NCBI GenBank assembly: GCA_963422735.1
Contig: OY730476.1
Coordinates: forward strand, 4,832,001-4,896,000
DNA from: Candidatus Latescibacterota bacterium
GTDB taxonomy: Bacteria > Latescibacterota > UBA2968 > UBA8231
Reading direction: 5' to 3'
DNA: 64,000 nt
This document shows, piece by piece, positions 20,586 to 30,472 of this stretch (position 1 is the first letter of the stretch; each line of letters starts with the position of its first letter). Made by a program: the position numbers and the translations under genes. Under the pieces are notes generated by a model. It had not been told where the DNA came from, searched no databases, and was given only the letters and a program-made list of their open reading frames with translations.

Positions 20586-22529
20586 GTGATTTGGCGCAGC
20601 GACAACTTCGGCGCAGCTATCATCGGCATCGCGCTCATGGCCCTTTGGCCGCGCCTGACCTATCTCGATGAGGCCGAGCAAAATCCCTTCTTGGAGGTGC
20701 CGACCGCGGCGAGTACGCCCTATATCGAGGCCGCTAGGGGACCGGGGAGCGCAGCGGTTGCCAGCCCCTTGTACCCACTCTTTTTGCAGGGCCTCGTCGC
20801 CGCTGGGCTAGCGCCCCGATACGTCCAAGTCCTGCTAGGCGTGGCCAGTTGCGCGCTGTTGGCCCTAATCGGCCGCGCGCTCTGGGGACCGGGCACGGGC
20901 CTCGTCGCGGCTCTGGGCGCAGCCCTGTACGGGCCGTCTATCTATTTCACCGGCGCATTGCTGCCTCCGGTCCTCGCAGTATTTCTGGTGCTCTTGCTGT
21001 TGGCGGCGCTCTTGTGGGCCGATCAGCAAAGCGATGGGAGGGCGTTTTTAGGGGTCGGGCTTGTGCTGGGGCTTTGCTTGCTGGCCGCGCCGCAAGTTGC
21101 GCTCTTCGCGCCGGCCGTGCTGTGGTGGCTGTGGATAGGAGGAAGGCAGCGGGCGTGTTGGGCCTGTGCGCTGGGAACGGCTTGTGCGCTCGCGCTGTGG
21201 TACGTTGGGGGAGTGGCCACGGGTGCGGGCGGTTCGCCGGATCTCCTCGTGCGCGGCGGGGAGCACTTGCCCGCGCTGGATATGTACCACGCGCGGGGCG
21301 ACTCAGCCGTCCTAGCGGCCCTGCTGTGGAAATGGGGCCTCGCGTTTCCCTTCGGCTTGGTCATGCCGCTCGCGCTATTGGGCGTGGGGGTTGCCTTGTC
21401 GGCGCGGGAGCGAGGCACGTTGCTCGCACTACTATTTGTTGCAACCGGAGCGGTCGGAACCGCGCTCTACGGTGCCCATGCCGAGACGCGCATGGTGCTG
21501 GTACCCGTGCTCTTGCTCTTTGCGGTGAGTGGGGTCGGGCGACTGGCGCAGTTGTCCCGGGCGTGGAAAGGGGTAGCCGTGGCGGGTTTGGTCCTAGTCG
21601 CGGCATGGGTCAATGCCAGTACGCCCGCCATGGATCGGGCGGCACAAGCCTCGCAGCATGGCTATTTGGGTCGCGCCTACGAAGAATTGGGCATGACGGC
21701 CACGGCGATTGCCGCGTACGAAAAGGCCGTGGCCGCGGGCAGCCCCGACAAGGATGTGTATTGGGCCTTGGCGGCGCTCTACGACGCGAGCGGCAAACCC
21801 GAGCGGTCAATCGGCATTAGCCGAGCATTTGTCGCGCGTTGGCCCGCAGACGAGCGCGGGCAGCGGTCACTCGGAGATCGCTACATGGCGGCGGGCCGTC
21901 CCCAACAAGCGCGCACCATCTACCAACAGCTCGTCGCGGGCGACGGGCAGGAGGCCCTACTCGGGCGCTTGGGAGATGCACAACTGACGAGCGGTGCGCT
22001 CGACGAGGCCGCACAATCCTACGAGCGGCTGCTAACGTTGAGCCCGGACAGCAGCCGGGTGCGCTACCAACTGGCGCGCACCTACGCTGCGGGCGGGCGG
22101 TTTGCAGATGCCGAGCGATCCTATCGCCAGCTCCTAGACAGTCCGGCCTATGGCGTGCGGGCGCGGGTGGAAGCGGCCACACTCTTGCGGCACAACGGTC
22201 AGCTAGCAGCGGCCGAGCCGCTGCTCTCGCAAGCTCTGGCGCTAGCGCCAGACCACCGCGAGGGGTTGCTTCTACTCGGCGAGGTGCTCTTAGATCAGGG
22301 ACGGCCCGGCGAAGCCCGGTCCCATTGGCTGCGACTGGCCGAACTAGAGCCTCACAACTGGCGGGTCCAAGGCCACTTGAGCAGGGCGTACAGCGAGTTG
22401 GGGTGGGACGCCGAGGCGCGGGACGCACAGGTGCGCTACCAGCGGGAAAAGCGGCGTGCTCAGCTCCAGCAACGGATCGAGGTTGAGCAGAAGGTATTAG
22501 CAGAAAAAATTCGCGGGGAGAATTTATGA
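20586..22529 (+). CDS. Membrane protein (GT-C/PMT-ArnT-like N-terminus) with C-terminal TPR repeats
   Basis: PLYPLFL, TGLVAALGAALYGP.IYF.G.LL, multiple TMs; about 7 TPR-like units (LGRAYEELG, LGDRYMAAG, LARTYAAGG). Confidence 0.7.
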   Translation: MIWRSDNFGAAIIGIALMALWPRLTYLDEAEQNPFLEVPTAASTPYIEAARGPGSAAVASPLYPLFLQGLVAAGLAPRYVQVLLGVASCALLALIGRALWGPGTGLVAALGAALYGPSIYFTGALLPPVLAVFLVLLLLAALLWADQQSDGRAFLGVGLVLGLCLLAAPQVALFAPAVLWWLWIGGRQRACWACALGTACALALWYVGGVATGAGGSPDLLVRGGEHLPALDMYHARGDSAVLAALLWKWGLAFPFGLVMPLALLGVGVALSARERGTLLALLFVATGAVGTALYGAHAETRMVLVPVLLLFAVSGVGRLAQLSRAWKGVAVAGLVLVAAWVNASTPAMDRAAQASQHGYLGRAYEELGMTATAIAAYEKAVAAGSPDKDVYWALAALYDASGKPERSIGISRAFVARWPADERGQRSLGDRYMAAGRPQQARTIYQQLVAGDGQEALLGRLGDAQLTSGALDEAAQSYERLLTLSPDSSRVRYQLARTYAAGGRFADAERSYRQLLDSPAYGVRARVEAATLLRHNGQLAAAEPLLSQALALAPDHREGLLLLGEVLLDQGRPGEARSHWLRLAELEPHNWRVQGHLSRAYSELGWDAEARDAQVRYQREKRRAQLQQRIEVEQKVLAEKIRGENL

Positions 22530-24592
22530 AGCACTTGCTTCTCATAAGTGCAATGGTGCTTTTGCTCGTCGGTGATTTGCAGGGGCGTCAAGTATTGCTC
22601 GTCGGCCAAGACGGCCAGATTAGTTGGGAGGGAGAAGTGGAGGCTGGGGCCGCAGTGCAAACCATAGAACCAGAGTACCGATCCACCTTGGATCCCAACA
22701 TCACCGAAATCGGCGTCGCGCCGGTCAATCTCGTCGATTTCGCCAGCGCGGATTTTCCCACCAGCATCCTGCCCCGACGCGTGCAAGAAGGCCAAAACCT
22801 CGCCGCTGAAATCGTCGAGCGCGGCGGCAGCATCCGCGCTCCGACCGTTTTCGATCTCTCCGAGTCCCAGCTACAAAACATCCTTGCGCAGATCGCGTCG
22901 CCCGATCCCAGCGGCGGGGCCTTTGAGCGCAAGGGACGAGACGTGTTGGGCACCTTGCTCGTGCTCGATTTGGGTGCGCGCTTTGGCGTCAACCAAATCC
23001 GCTTCTTCCCGCGCAATACAGTCTTTCCGTCGCCATCGACGCCCTTTCAGGAGGATTTCCTCAAAAACTTCGAGTTGCAGGTCAACGACGGCCAAGTGTT
23101 GACCGAAGCCGGCAACCCCATATGGGAGACCTTTGCGGTGCGCACCAACAACACCGACCCGGTCGCCACCATCGAGATCGACCCGCCGCGCTTTTTGCGT
23201 TTCATCCGCCTGCGCGCCACTTCATCCATCCCCTTTGAGGTGGAGAAATTCCAAGTCTTCGGCGAGGGCTTCTTTCCCACCGTGCAGTACATTTCGCCGA
23301 TAATCGACATGGGCACCCCGGCCAATTGGGGGCGCTTGCGCTGGCTGGAGGAGATTGTCGGACAGGCGAGTGCCGTGCAGATGCACATCCGCACTCGCAG
23401 CGGCAGTGACCCGTCGCCTTTCGCCTATACGCGCAAGCGAGTGGGGCGGCAAGATGCCGAGGAGATCGCGTCCTCAGTCGATGATCTCGACCAGCCACTC
23501 TTGCGCGACGAGTACCTCGACCTGCCGGCCAAGGGAGGCCCCAGCGACGTGTGGGAGCGCGGCCCCGTGCGCGACGACTTGGCCAATTGGAGTCCGTGGA
23601 CCTCGCCCTATGATCCGGCCGTGGGCACCAGTAGCGAGGGCGCGTTAGTCCTGTCGCCCGGGCCGCGCCGCTATTTCCAGTTCCGGGTTGACTTCCAGTC
23701 CGACGAGCTAGAGTCGGCCAAAATCCTGCGGCAGTTTTCCTTTGACTTCACAACGCCGCCATTGGCCGATGTCCTCGTCGGCGAGGTTTTTCCGCGCGAA
23801 GTGCCCGCGGCCGCAGACATTTCCTTTATCTATGCCGTGCGCGCCGAAATGGAGAGCGAGAATTTGCAGGGCTTCGACGGATTTGAACTGGTCACCGGCA
23901 GCCGGATAGATCGCATCGAGCGCATTGAAATCATCGACGCGCAGGGCGAGTTCCTTCTAGCGCACGACTTTGCGGTGCAAGACGCGGTCGTCGATGAGGG
24001 CGACGTGGCCATCACCGCGCTCTCGGAGCGCAGCTTTGCGGTGCGCTTCCCGCGAGTGGCCGCGCACAATACCGTGTTGAAGATCCACTTCGTCAGCCGC
24101 ATCCTCTCGTACAGTACGGACTTTGCGGGCCGGGGATTGCTGTTGCAGGAAGACGCTTTTCAGAGCGTCCAAGCCGGGGACGCCACCGCGCTGGACGAAG
24201 GCGACATTTCGTTTAAATCAGGCACTACCGTCCTGAGCCCGACCGTCAACAGCGGCAGCTTGGTGGGCAGCTTTGACCTCGCCGCGTCCGTTATCACGCC
24301 CAATGGCGACGGAATCAACGACCTCTTGGATATGGAATGCGAAGTCCTCGCGGTCGGCGGGGCACAGATTGCGGTCAATATATACGACCTAGGGGGGCGC
24401 CGGGTGCGCCGCCTTTTCAACATGGAAGGGCAGAGCGGCGTTTACAACTCGGAAAGCCTGACCCAACTGCGGTGGGACGGGACCGACGATCAGGGTGAGC
24501 AAGTGGCCTCTGGCCTCTATCTAATCCAACTCAACATCGAAGGCGATGCGCGGGCGAGTGCCAGTACGCGCACCGTTGGTGTGGCGTACTAG
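22526..24592 (+). CDS. Secreted FlgD-Ig-tailed protein; paralog 2
   Basis: Signal peptide; LDLGARFGVNQIRFFPR, RTRSG, WSPW, SPGPRRYFQ, TPNGDGIND, WDGTD; ends VAY. Confidence 0.75.
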   Translation: MKHLLLISAMVLLLVGDLQGRQVLLVGQDGQISWEGEVEAGAAVQTIEPEYRSTLDPNITEIGVAPVNLVDFASADFPTSILPRRVQEGQNLAAEIVERGGSIRAPTVFDLSESQLQNILAQIASPDPSGGAFERKGRDVLGTLLVLDLGARFGVNQIRFFPRNTVFPSPSTPFQEDFLKNFELQVNDGQVLTEAGNPIWETFAVRTNNTDPVATIEIDPPRFLRFIRLRATSSIPFEVEKFQVFGEGFFPTVQYISPIIDMGTPANWGRLRWLEEIVGQASAVQMHIRTRSGSDPSPFAYTRKRVGRQDAEEIASSVDDLDQPLLRDEYLDLPAKGGPSDVWERGPVRDDLANWSPWTSPYDPAVGTSSEGALVLSPGPRRYFQFRVDFQSDELESAKILRQFSFDFTTPPLADVLVGEVFPREVPAAADISFIYAVRAEMESENLQGFDGFELVTGSRIDRIERIEIIDAQGEFLLAHDFAVQDAVVDEGDVAITALSERSFAVRFPRVAAHNTVLKIHFVSRILSYSTDFAGRGLLLQEDAFQSVQAGDATALDEGDISFKSGTTVLSPTVNSGSLVGSFDLAASVITPNGDGINDLLDMECEVLAVGGAQIAVNIYDLGGRRVRRLFNMEGQSGVYNSESLTQLRWDGTDDQGEQVASGLYLIQLNIEGDARASASTRTVGVAY

Positions 24593-24635
24593 GATTTATG
24601 TGATTTGCACCCCACCGCGTGGGGATTAAAAAGAA

Positions 24636-26666
24636 ATGAGGATCATGCTAGGGCGAAATCTATTGCGGGGTCTAAGTATAGCGGCTTGTTGCACCAGTGC
24701 CGCTTGGGGCCGGGCCGAATTTCACATCGGCGGGCCGACGGGTGCTTCTTGGCAGGGGCTGATCACCGACGAACAGACCGAGTATAACATCGTTGACGAC
24801 CAAGGCGAGGTCTTGGGTGCGCTTCCCATTGCCATCGGTGCGGAAGAAGCGGGCGTCGATACTATGATCACCTACGACGGCAACGCCATCCAGCCAATAT
24901 GGGTCGATCCGTCCGTCAACCTCGCGTTAGACGAGCATTTGGCCGAGCGTGGCGGCAACCTCTACACCAGCGTCTCTACCGGCTATACCCGCGAGGCGGC
25001 CAAAGAGGTCCAAGTGATGATCGACGGCGACCCGGAAACGGCGACCTTGCGGCAGGTCGATATCTCACCGCGCTTGGCTGGCCTCAATATCGGCTACGTA
25101 AAAAATACGGTCGTCAACTTGGGGGCCGAAATGCCGGTCAACCGCATCCGCTTCTATCCGCGCCCGGGCTTTGAGGAAAACTACTTGGCTTGGTACGAAA
25201 TCGGCGTGGCCGACAACGCCGCGCCTTTTATGGCCTCGCCCCAAGAGCGCGCCCCGGGCAAGCGCTGGTACCAAGATATCAGTCGCTCGCTCACCTCGAC
25301 CAATGACCCGGAATTCGACGTCCTAGAACGCAACGTTGAAAACCTCGACCACGTCGTGGATTTGCGCTTTCTCACGCGCGACTTGCGCTGGGTCGCCATT
25401 CGCCCGGTCAACCCCGAGCGCACTTGGGAGATCGCCGAAATGGAGGTGTACGGCGAGGGCTTCGTCACCAAGACCTCCTATCGCACGGGCGTGTTGGACT
25501 TTGGCCGCCCGGTGGCTTGGAGTAAGATCCGCTGGCAGGGCGAGGTGCCCGAAGGCACTCGGCTCGTGTTGCGCACGCGCACCGGCACCACGCCACAGCC
25601 CAATCTATTTTGGAAAATCGGCAGCACTGGCAACTTTGAGCGAGTGTCCAAAGACGAGTACACCACGACCTACCAAGTGGGTCGGTTCAACCAGATCCAA
25701 GCGACGTACGACGTAGAAAACTGGAGCTTCTGGTCAACGCCCTACGACTTTGCGGCCGGGCTGCACAACCCAGAGGCCGCAGGCTGGGAGGACGGAACAC
25801 CGCTCCTCTCGCCCGGACCCAGCCGCTACTTGCAGCTAGAGGTGGTCATGTTCTCGGACGGGGACAAAGCGCCGCGCATAGACGAGATGTCCCTGCTGTT
25901 TGCCGAAGATCCCGCGGCTCAAAGCGCGATCGCCGAGATCTGGCCGGTTGAGACCGAAAACTTTGAGCCGCAGACTTTCACCTATGTGGTGCGACCCGTG
26001 CTCGAAGAAGGTGACCGGGGCTTCGACCGGCTGGAGATCTTCACCCAAGTCCCGGCCGAAGCCGTACATTCGGTCGCGGTCGATGGCCGGGAAATCATCG
26101 ACCGCTTCCCGCCCAAGATAGAGAAAGACCGGATCGTCATTAGCTTTGAGCCATTTATTGCGCCGCGCGACAACGAGCGCCGCATCGAGGTCGTCTTCGA
26201 CGCCAAGGTGCTGCGCTTTGGCGCGGAATTCATCGGTTGGGTTTACGACAGCACCGAGCCCGAGCTAAAGCAGCAAGTCCGGCCCGGCAACTCGACTTTT
26301 CGCTTTGCTGGCGACGCCCTCTCGGTGCGCACGCCCGTCGGCGGCGAACTCGTGCGAAAAGTCACCGCGCATCCCACGACGCTCACGCCCAATGGCGACG
26401 GGATTAACGATCAGACCATGATTTCGTACGATCTGCGCAACATCGGCGCGCCGCGCCAGATCGCTTTGCGGATTTTCGACCTGTCCGGCCGGCTGGTGCG
26501 CGAGGTGATCTCCACGCCAGCCGTCAGCGGCAGCTTTGCAGCGGCTTGGGATGGCCGCCGCACAGAGGGAGATTTAGTCGCTCCGGGCGTGTACCTCTAC
26601 CAAGTCGATCTAACCACCGATAAGGGCCTCTCAGCAGCCGCGGGTACCGTAGCTGTGGCCTACTGA
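24636..26666 (+). CDS. Secreted FlgD-Ig-tailed protein; paralog 3
   Basis: Signal peptide; IDGDPET, NLGAEMPVNRIRFYPR, RTRTG, WSFWS, SPGPSRYLQ, TPNGDGIND, WDG; ends VAY. Confidence 0.75.
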   Translation: MRIMLGRNLLRGLSIAACCTSAAWGRAEFHIGGPTGASWQGLITDEQTEYNIVDDQGEVLGALPIAIGAEEAGVDTMITYDGNAIQPIWVDPSVNLALDEHLAERGGNLYTSVSTGYTREAAKEVQVMIDGDPETATLRQVDISPRLAGLNIGYVKNTVVNLGAEMPVNRIRFYPRPGFEENYLAWYEIGVADNAAPFMASPQERAPGKRWYQDISRSLTSTNDPEFDVLERNVENLDHVVDLRFLTRDLRWVAIRPVNPERTWEIAEMEVYGEGFVTKTSYRTGVLDFGRPVAWSKIRWQGEVPEGTRLVLRTRTGTTPQPNLFWKIGSTGNFERVSKDEYTTTYQVGRFNQIQATYDVENWSFWSTPYDFAAGLHNPEAAGWEDGTPLLSPGPSRYLQLEVVMFSDGDKAPRIDEMSLLFAEDPAAQSAIAEIWPVETENFEPQTFTYVVRPVLEEGDRGFDRLEIFTQVPAEAVHSVAVDGREIIDRFPPKIEKDRIVISFEPFIAPRDNERRIEVVFDAKVLRFGAEFIGWVYDSTEPELKQQVRPGNSTFRFAGDALSVRTPVGGELVRKVTAHPTTLTPNGDGINDQTMISYDLRNIGAPRQIALRIFDLSGRLVREVISTPAVSGSFAAAWDGRRTEGDLVAPGVYLYQVDLTTDKGLSAAAGTVAVAY

Positions 26667-26673
26667 GCGAGCA

Positions 26674-29286
26674 ATGGCAGAAACTGCGAAACGCATCTGC
26701 AAGGCCGCCCTACTTTTGTGGGTTATTAGCGGCGGCTCGGCCACAGCCCAAATCGGGCTGCAATCGCTGGCTTCTCCAGGCCCGGAAGCCCTCGACCCGG
26801 CGATGCGCCGCTGGTACGTACCCCAAGAGCTGGTCGCCGAACACCACTGGCGGCAGTGGAGTGCCACCAACTACGCACGCGCCCCCTATCAGCGGTATGT
26901 CAGTACCAGCATCGAAGGAGATTACTTCTACGACGCCTTTGGCAACTTCCTCAATCAGGGCTGGCTAATATATAATGTATCCCAGTCCAACCCCGAGGAG
27001 TTTGGCACCGTATTGTTCGAGGCCCAGCACTTCCGCAACTGGTTTTCCGAGGTTGCCGTGGCCTCTGAGCATAAAGGGCAATACGCCTACGCCCTGACCA
27101 TCAGCAGCGATCTGCGCACCACCTTGACGCCCATGGTGCTGTCCAAACCGCGCCTCGATGGTGTGCAGTTCGACTTTGCCATGGACAAGTACCGGGGCAC
27201 GTTCCTCTACGCACAGGCCAGTGCCCCGCGCGGCATCACCAATCAAGAGCTACGTCGCACCAATTCCACCACCTTGATCGGGGGGCGCTTTGAGGTGCAA
27301 ATCGGCGATTTTGTCGAGCTCGGCGTCCACAGCGCCAACGCCCATCAAGCCAACTCCCTCTCGGAAGAGGCCCTGTTGAGCAATTGGGTAACCGGGTCGC
27401 TGACTCAAGGCCAGAACCGAACCATCTCTCGCATCGAAATCGCGCTGCGCGACGACTCGCCCGACGATGGCGTGGGCGGCGCAGCGTATTTTCCGGCTGG
27501 CTCGGATATCTTCATCACCTATCGGGATGGCCGCGTGGATTCGGGCCGCGAGATCCGCTTTGAACCTGTGGTGGAGGGGGGCGCACCCCGCCCGGGCTTT
27601 GTCGAGGCCAACGGCAACGACGAAATCCGCCTCCGCTACGACTTCGACAGCGCGAGTTTCATCAACCGGGCCGCGGCCGACAAGACCGAAATCGTCAAGG
27701 TGGAATTCCGCCTAGTGGTCGCCAACGACTATCAGGTCTGGATGACCTCTGACCAGCAGACTAGCGCCGGCGAGCCCGTGTTCCTGCTAGTGACGCAAGC
27801 GCGGGGCAACATCAAGGACTTGTCCAACTTGCGCGTCATCAGCTTTGATGCCGGGCTGCCGACGGCGACCCACATTCTCGGTGGTACGGTGACGGCCAGC
27901 GATGTGATGGGCTTCGACCTGTACGGCGAGTACGACATCAATTGGAACTACCGCAAGTATCCCAACATCCTCGTCGAAGAACACCACACCTCAGCTGGCA
28001 TTGTCGGCGCGCGCAGAGCACCGGCCTATATGCTCAATCTGTCTCGCCAGTGGTCCCGCTTCTTCATCTACGGCGAAGCCTATCAGATGGACTCGCGCTA
28101 CAACACCCAAACTTTCGTCACTCAAGACGACGGCAGCATCGACTACCAAAACGATCGCAGCCTCATGGATCTCGTGGAAGACAACGACGATCAAGACCGG
28201 GTACCAGACACCTTTCGAGCCGACTGGGCCTTCCCAGACCGCCAAGTCTTTCCGGGCTGGGACCAGAACAACGACTTCGTACCCGACATCAACCAAAACG
28301 ACAGCCGAGTGCGCACCAATTCGATCCCGGACTACGAAGAGCCTTTCCTGCGCTTTGCAGTAGATCGGCCCGAATTCCTCTTCGGCGTTGACATGAACAA
28401 CAACTTCTGGACCGACCAATACGAAAACGACCAAGAGCCGGATTACCCCTACAAGCGCGACCATCAAGGTTACAACGCGTACGTCGGCACCTACTTGGCT
28501 CCGCAGCTAAAGATCATCGCCGGCCTCCTGCGCGAGACTCGCATCTCTTCCAACCAGAAAAACCACAGCGCGTACGCCCTCCTGCGGTTCGACCGGAGCT
28601 GGGCGCGCTACGGCGATTTTCGCCTCTTCGGCATGACCAAGCGCGTGGAGGACGACATTGCCGACCCGCTCTTGCAGTGGGCGCCCGACAACACGCTGCG
28701 CCTCGGCACGTTGACCGCAATCGACGATCCGCTGCTGGCCCGCGACACTTGGATCAACCAGCTCTTCCTCGGCCACAATGTGCGCGCCTTTTCGCTGAAC
28801 CTGCAGAGCAAGGTCAACTATGTGGTCTTTCACCAGCTCATGGACGCCGAGCGTCGGCAGCACTGGGGCCTAGCCGAGACGGATTTTTTCTTGGGGATGA
28901 TCAACAAGGCCCACTACCGCCATGCGCTCGGCCCCCTCTATTTAGAGCCGCGCTGGAAGAGCGAGTTCATCAAGCAGAGCCGCGACCTGTTCACGGACGA
29001 GCGCCGGACGAGTATAGCGGAACTCTTCTCGCTATTGGCAGGCACCGATGTCCTAGAGATCACTAAGCTACAAGCGGGTCTAGAGTACCTGATCTTCGAC
29101 GATTTCGACGTGGACGCCAACGACTTCACAGCGCTGACCGGCGGCATTCAGTTCAAGAACGAATCGGCCTACCAAGGCTACAAGCTACAGACCGTGATCG
29201 GGCTGGTGCTAGAGCGCAAAAATTTCAAGGATGCCCCATCGCGCACCGAGACCCAATCCTTCATTGCCGTTTACGCGGGGATTTAA
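26674..29286 (+). CDS. Putative outer-membrane beta-barrel protein with Asp/Asn-rich insert; paralog 2
   Basis: Shares LDPA.RRWYVPQEL, SKPR.DGVQFD, FPGWDQNNDFVPDINQND, LEPRWKSEF with 17913; ends SFIAVYAGI. Confidence 0.6.
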   Translation: MAETAKRICKAALLLWVISGGSATAQIGLQSLASPGPEALDPAMRRWYVPQELVAEHHWRQWSATNYARAPYQRYVSTSIEGDYFYDAFGNFLNQGWLIYNVSQSNPEEFGTVLFEAQHFRNWFSEVAVASEHKGQYAYALTISSDLRTTLTPMVLSKPRLDGVQFDFAMDKYRGTFLYAQASAPRGITNQELRRTNSTTLIGGRFEVQIGDFVELGVHSANAHQANSLSEEALLSNWVTGSLTQGQNRTISRIEIALRDDSPDDGVGGAAYFPAGSDIFITYRDGRVDSGREIRFEPVVEGGAPRPGFVEANGNDEIRLRYDFDSASFINRAAADKTEIVKVEFRLVVANDYQVWMTSDQQTSAGEPVFLLVTQARGNIKDLSNLRVISFDAGLPTATHILGGTVTASDVMGFDLYGEYDINWNYRKYPNILVEEHHTSAGIVGARRAPAYMLNLSRQWSRFFIYGEAYQMDSRYNTQTFVTQDDGSIDYQNDRSLMDLVEDNDDQDRVPDTFRADWAFPDRQVFPGWDQNNDFVPDINQNDSRVRTNSIPDYEEPFLRFAVDRPEFLFGVDMNNNFWTDQYENDQEPDYPYKRDHQGYNAYVGTYLAPQLKIIAGLLRETRISSNQKNHSAYALLRFDRSWARYGDFRLFGMTKRVEDDIADPLLQWAPDNTLRLGTLTAIDDPLLARDTWINQLFLGHNVRAFSLNLQSKVNYVVFHQLMDAERRQHWGLAETDFFLGMINKAHYRHALGPLYLEPRWKSEFIKQSRDLFTDERRTSIAELFSLLAGTDVLEITKLQAGLEYLIFDDFDVDANDFTALTGGIQFKNESAYQGYKLQTVIGLVLERKNFKDAPSRTETQSFIAVYAGI

Positions 29287-29289
29287 GCC

Positions 29290-29319
29290 TTGACGTACGC
29301 TTTTGCGGGCACGTATATT
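29290..29319 (+). promoter_or_regulatory. Putative sigma-70 promoter; its -10 part is duplicated at ~30361-30376
   Basis: TTGACG-18bp-TATATT; TGCGGGCACGTATATTG recurs upstream of the second paralog. Confidence 0.55.
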
Positions 29320-29420
29320 GGATTTTTTTATTTTGTTGCGGAACCAAGAAGGCGGCACGGGTTGCCGCGTTTTCTCTTTTTATTTCAATTTCACCCCTAT
29401 CTCGTGGAGGTAACTTCACC

Positions 29421-30314
29421 ATGAAAAAGATCTTCACCACCGCCTTTGCCTCGTTGGGCCTTGTGGTTGCCGCTCAAGCTCACGAGCCGCCTGGCGAGCT
29501 GTTGGTCGCCGTGAACTTTCCCGATGCCAACGTGCCCGTCATCGATGGCAACGCCGGCGAGTGGGCTCCCGTGCCCCTCGACCAGTACGGAATTTTTAGC
29601 GAGAGCCTGTATTCGCTTGAAGGTTTTGCCGGCGAGAACGTCGACCGCGGCGGGCTGGACGCTAGCTCGCTGCAGATCCGCCACATCGTCGGCTGGAACG
29701 ACGCGACCAACAACATCTATTTCACTACCCGCGTCTTCGACGATAGACACGTCACCCAGCGTCAGGATCCCGGCAGGTTCTACTGGGATGACAGCGTCGA
29801 ATACGAGGTCAATGCTCAGCATCAGGCCCCCGAGGACCAGAACCCCGGCGACGATGCCACTAACTTCAGCTACAAGTTCGCCTTCCCGGTTTTTCAGGAG
29901 ACCTTTGAGTGGTATCGCCCCAACCGCAACCTATCTTGGCTGACCAGCGGCTCGCAGTGGGTCGAGATCGCCCATAGCTTCACAGGAGACGAGTTTGGCG
30001 AGAGCACGTACGACTACGAGATCCGCATCCTGCCGATCGATCGGATGCCGCGCTCAGAGGAGGCTACCGAAGACCAGGTTGAAGTCCACGACCTGATCGA
30101 GGGCGAGGTCATCCACGTCACGGCAACAGTCAACGAAGTCGATGGGGGTGAAGGCGAAGGAGACAACCGCATCGGCCAGTGGAGCACCCACCCCCTTTCG
30201 TGCTGCCACGCTGGCCAAGACTTGCTGCTAACCCCGGCCGATCCCAACATCGACTGGGGCACGGCCACGGCCGTCGAGGCGAGTAGCTGGGGCCGGATCA
30301 AGGCCCAGTTCTAG
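29421..30314 (+). CDS. Secreted acidic protein, CBM9/DOMON-like sugar-binding fold, C-terminal TAVEASSWGRIK tail; copy A
   Basis: Signal peptide; PVIDGNAGEW, GWNDATNNIY, WDDSVE, YEIRI; GGAGGT RBS. Confidence 0.65.
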   Translation: MKKIFTTAFASLGLVVAAQAHEPPGELLVAVNFPDANVPVIDGNAGEWAPVPLDQYGIFSESLYSLEGFAGENVDRGGLDASSLQIRHIVGWNDATNNIYFTTRVFDDRHVTQRQDPGRFYWDDSVEYEVNAQHQAPEDQNPGDDATNFSYKFAFPVFQETFEWYRPNRNLSWLTSGSQWVEIAHSFTGDEFGESTYDYEIRILPIDRMPRSEEATEDQVEVHDLIEGEVIHVTATVNEVDGGEGEGDNRIGQWSTHPLSCCHAGQDLLLTPADPNIDWGTATAVEASSWGRIKAQF

Positions 30315-30472
30315 GCAGTTTCGTCTCAATCGCAGTACCATTCGGGCAGGTTGCGCTACGTGCGGGCACGTATATTGAATTTTTTCTTTTTGTTGCGAAA
30401 CCGAGAAAGTGGCCGGGTGGCCGCGCCTTCTCTGTCCTTTATTTTTCCCTATTTCTTGGAGGTAGTTTCACC

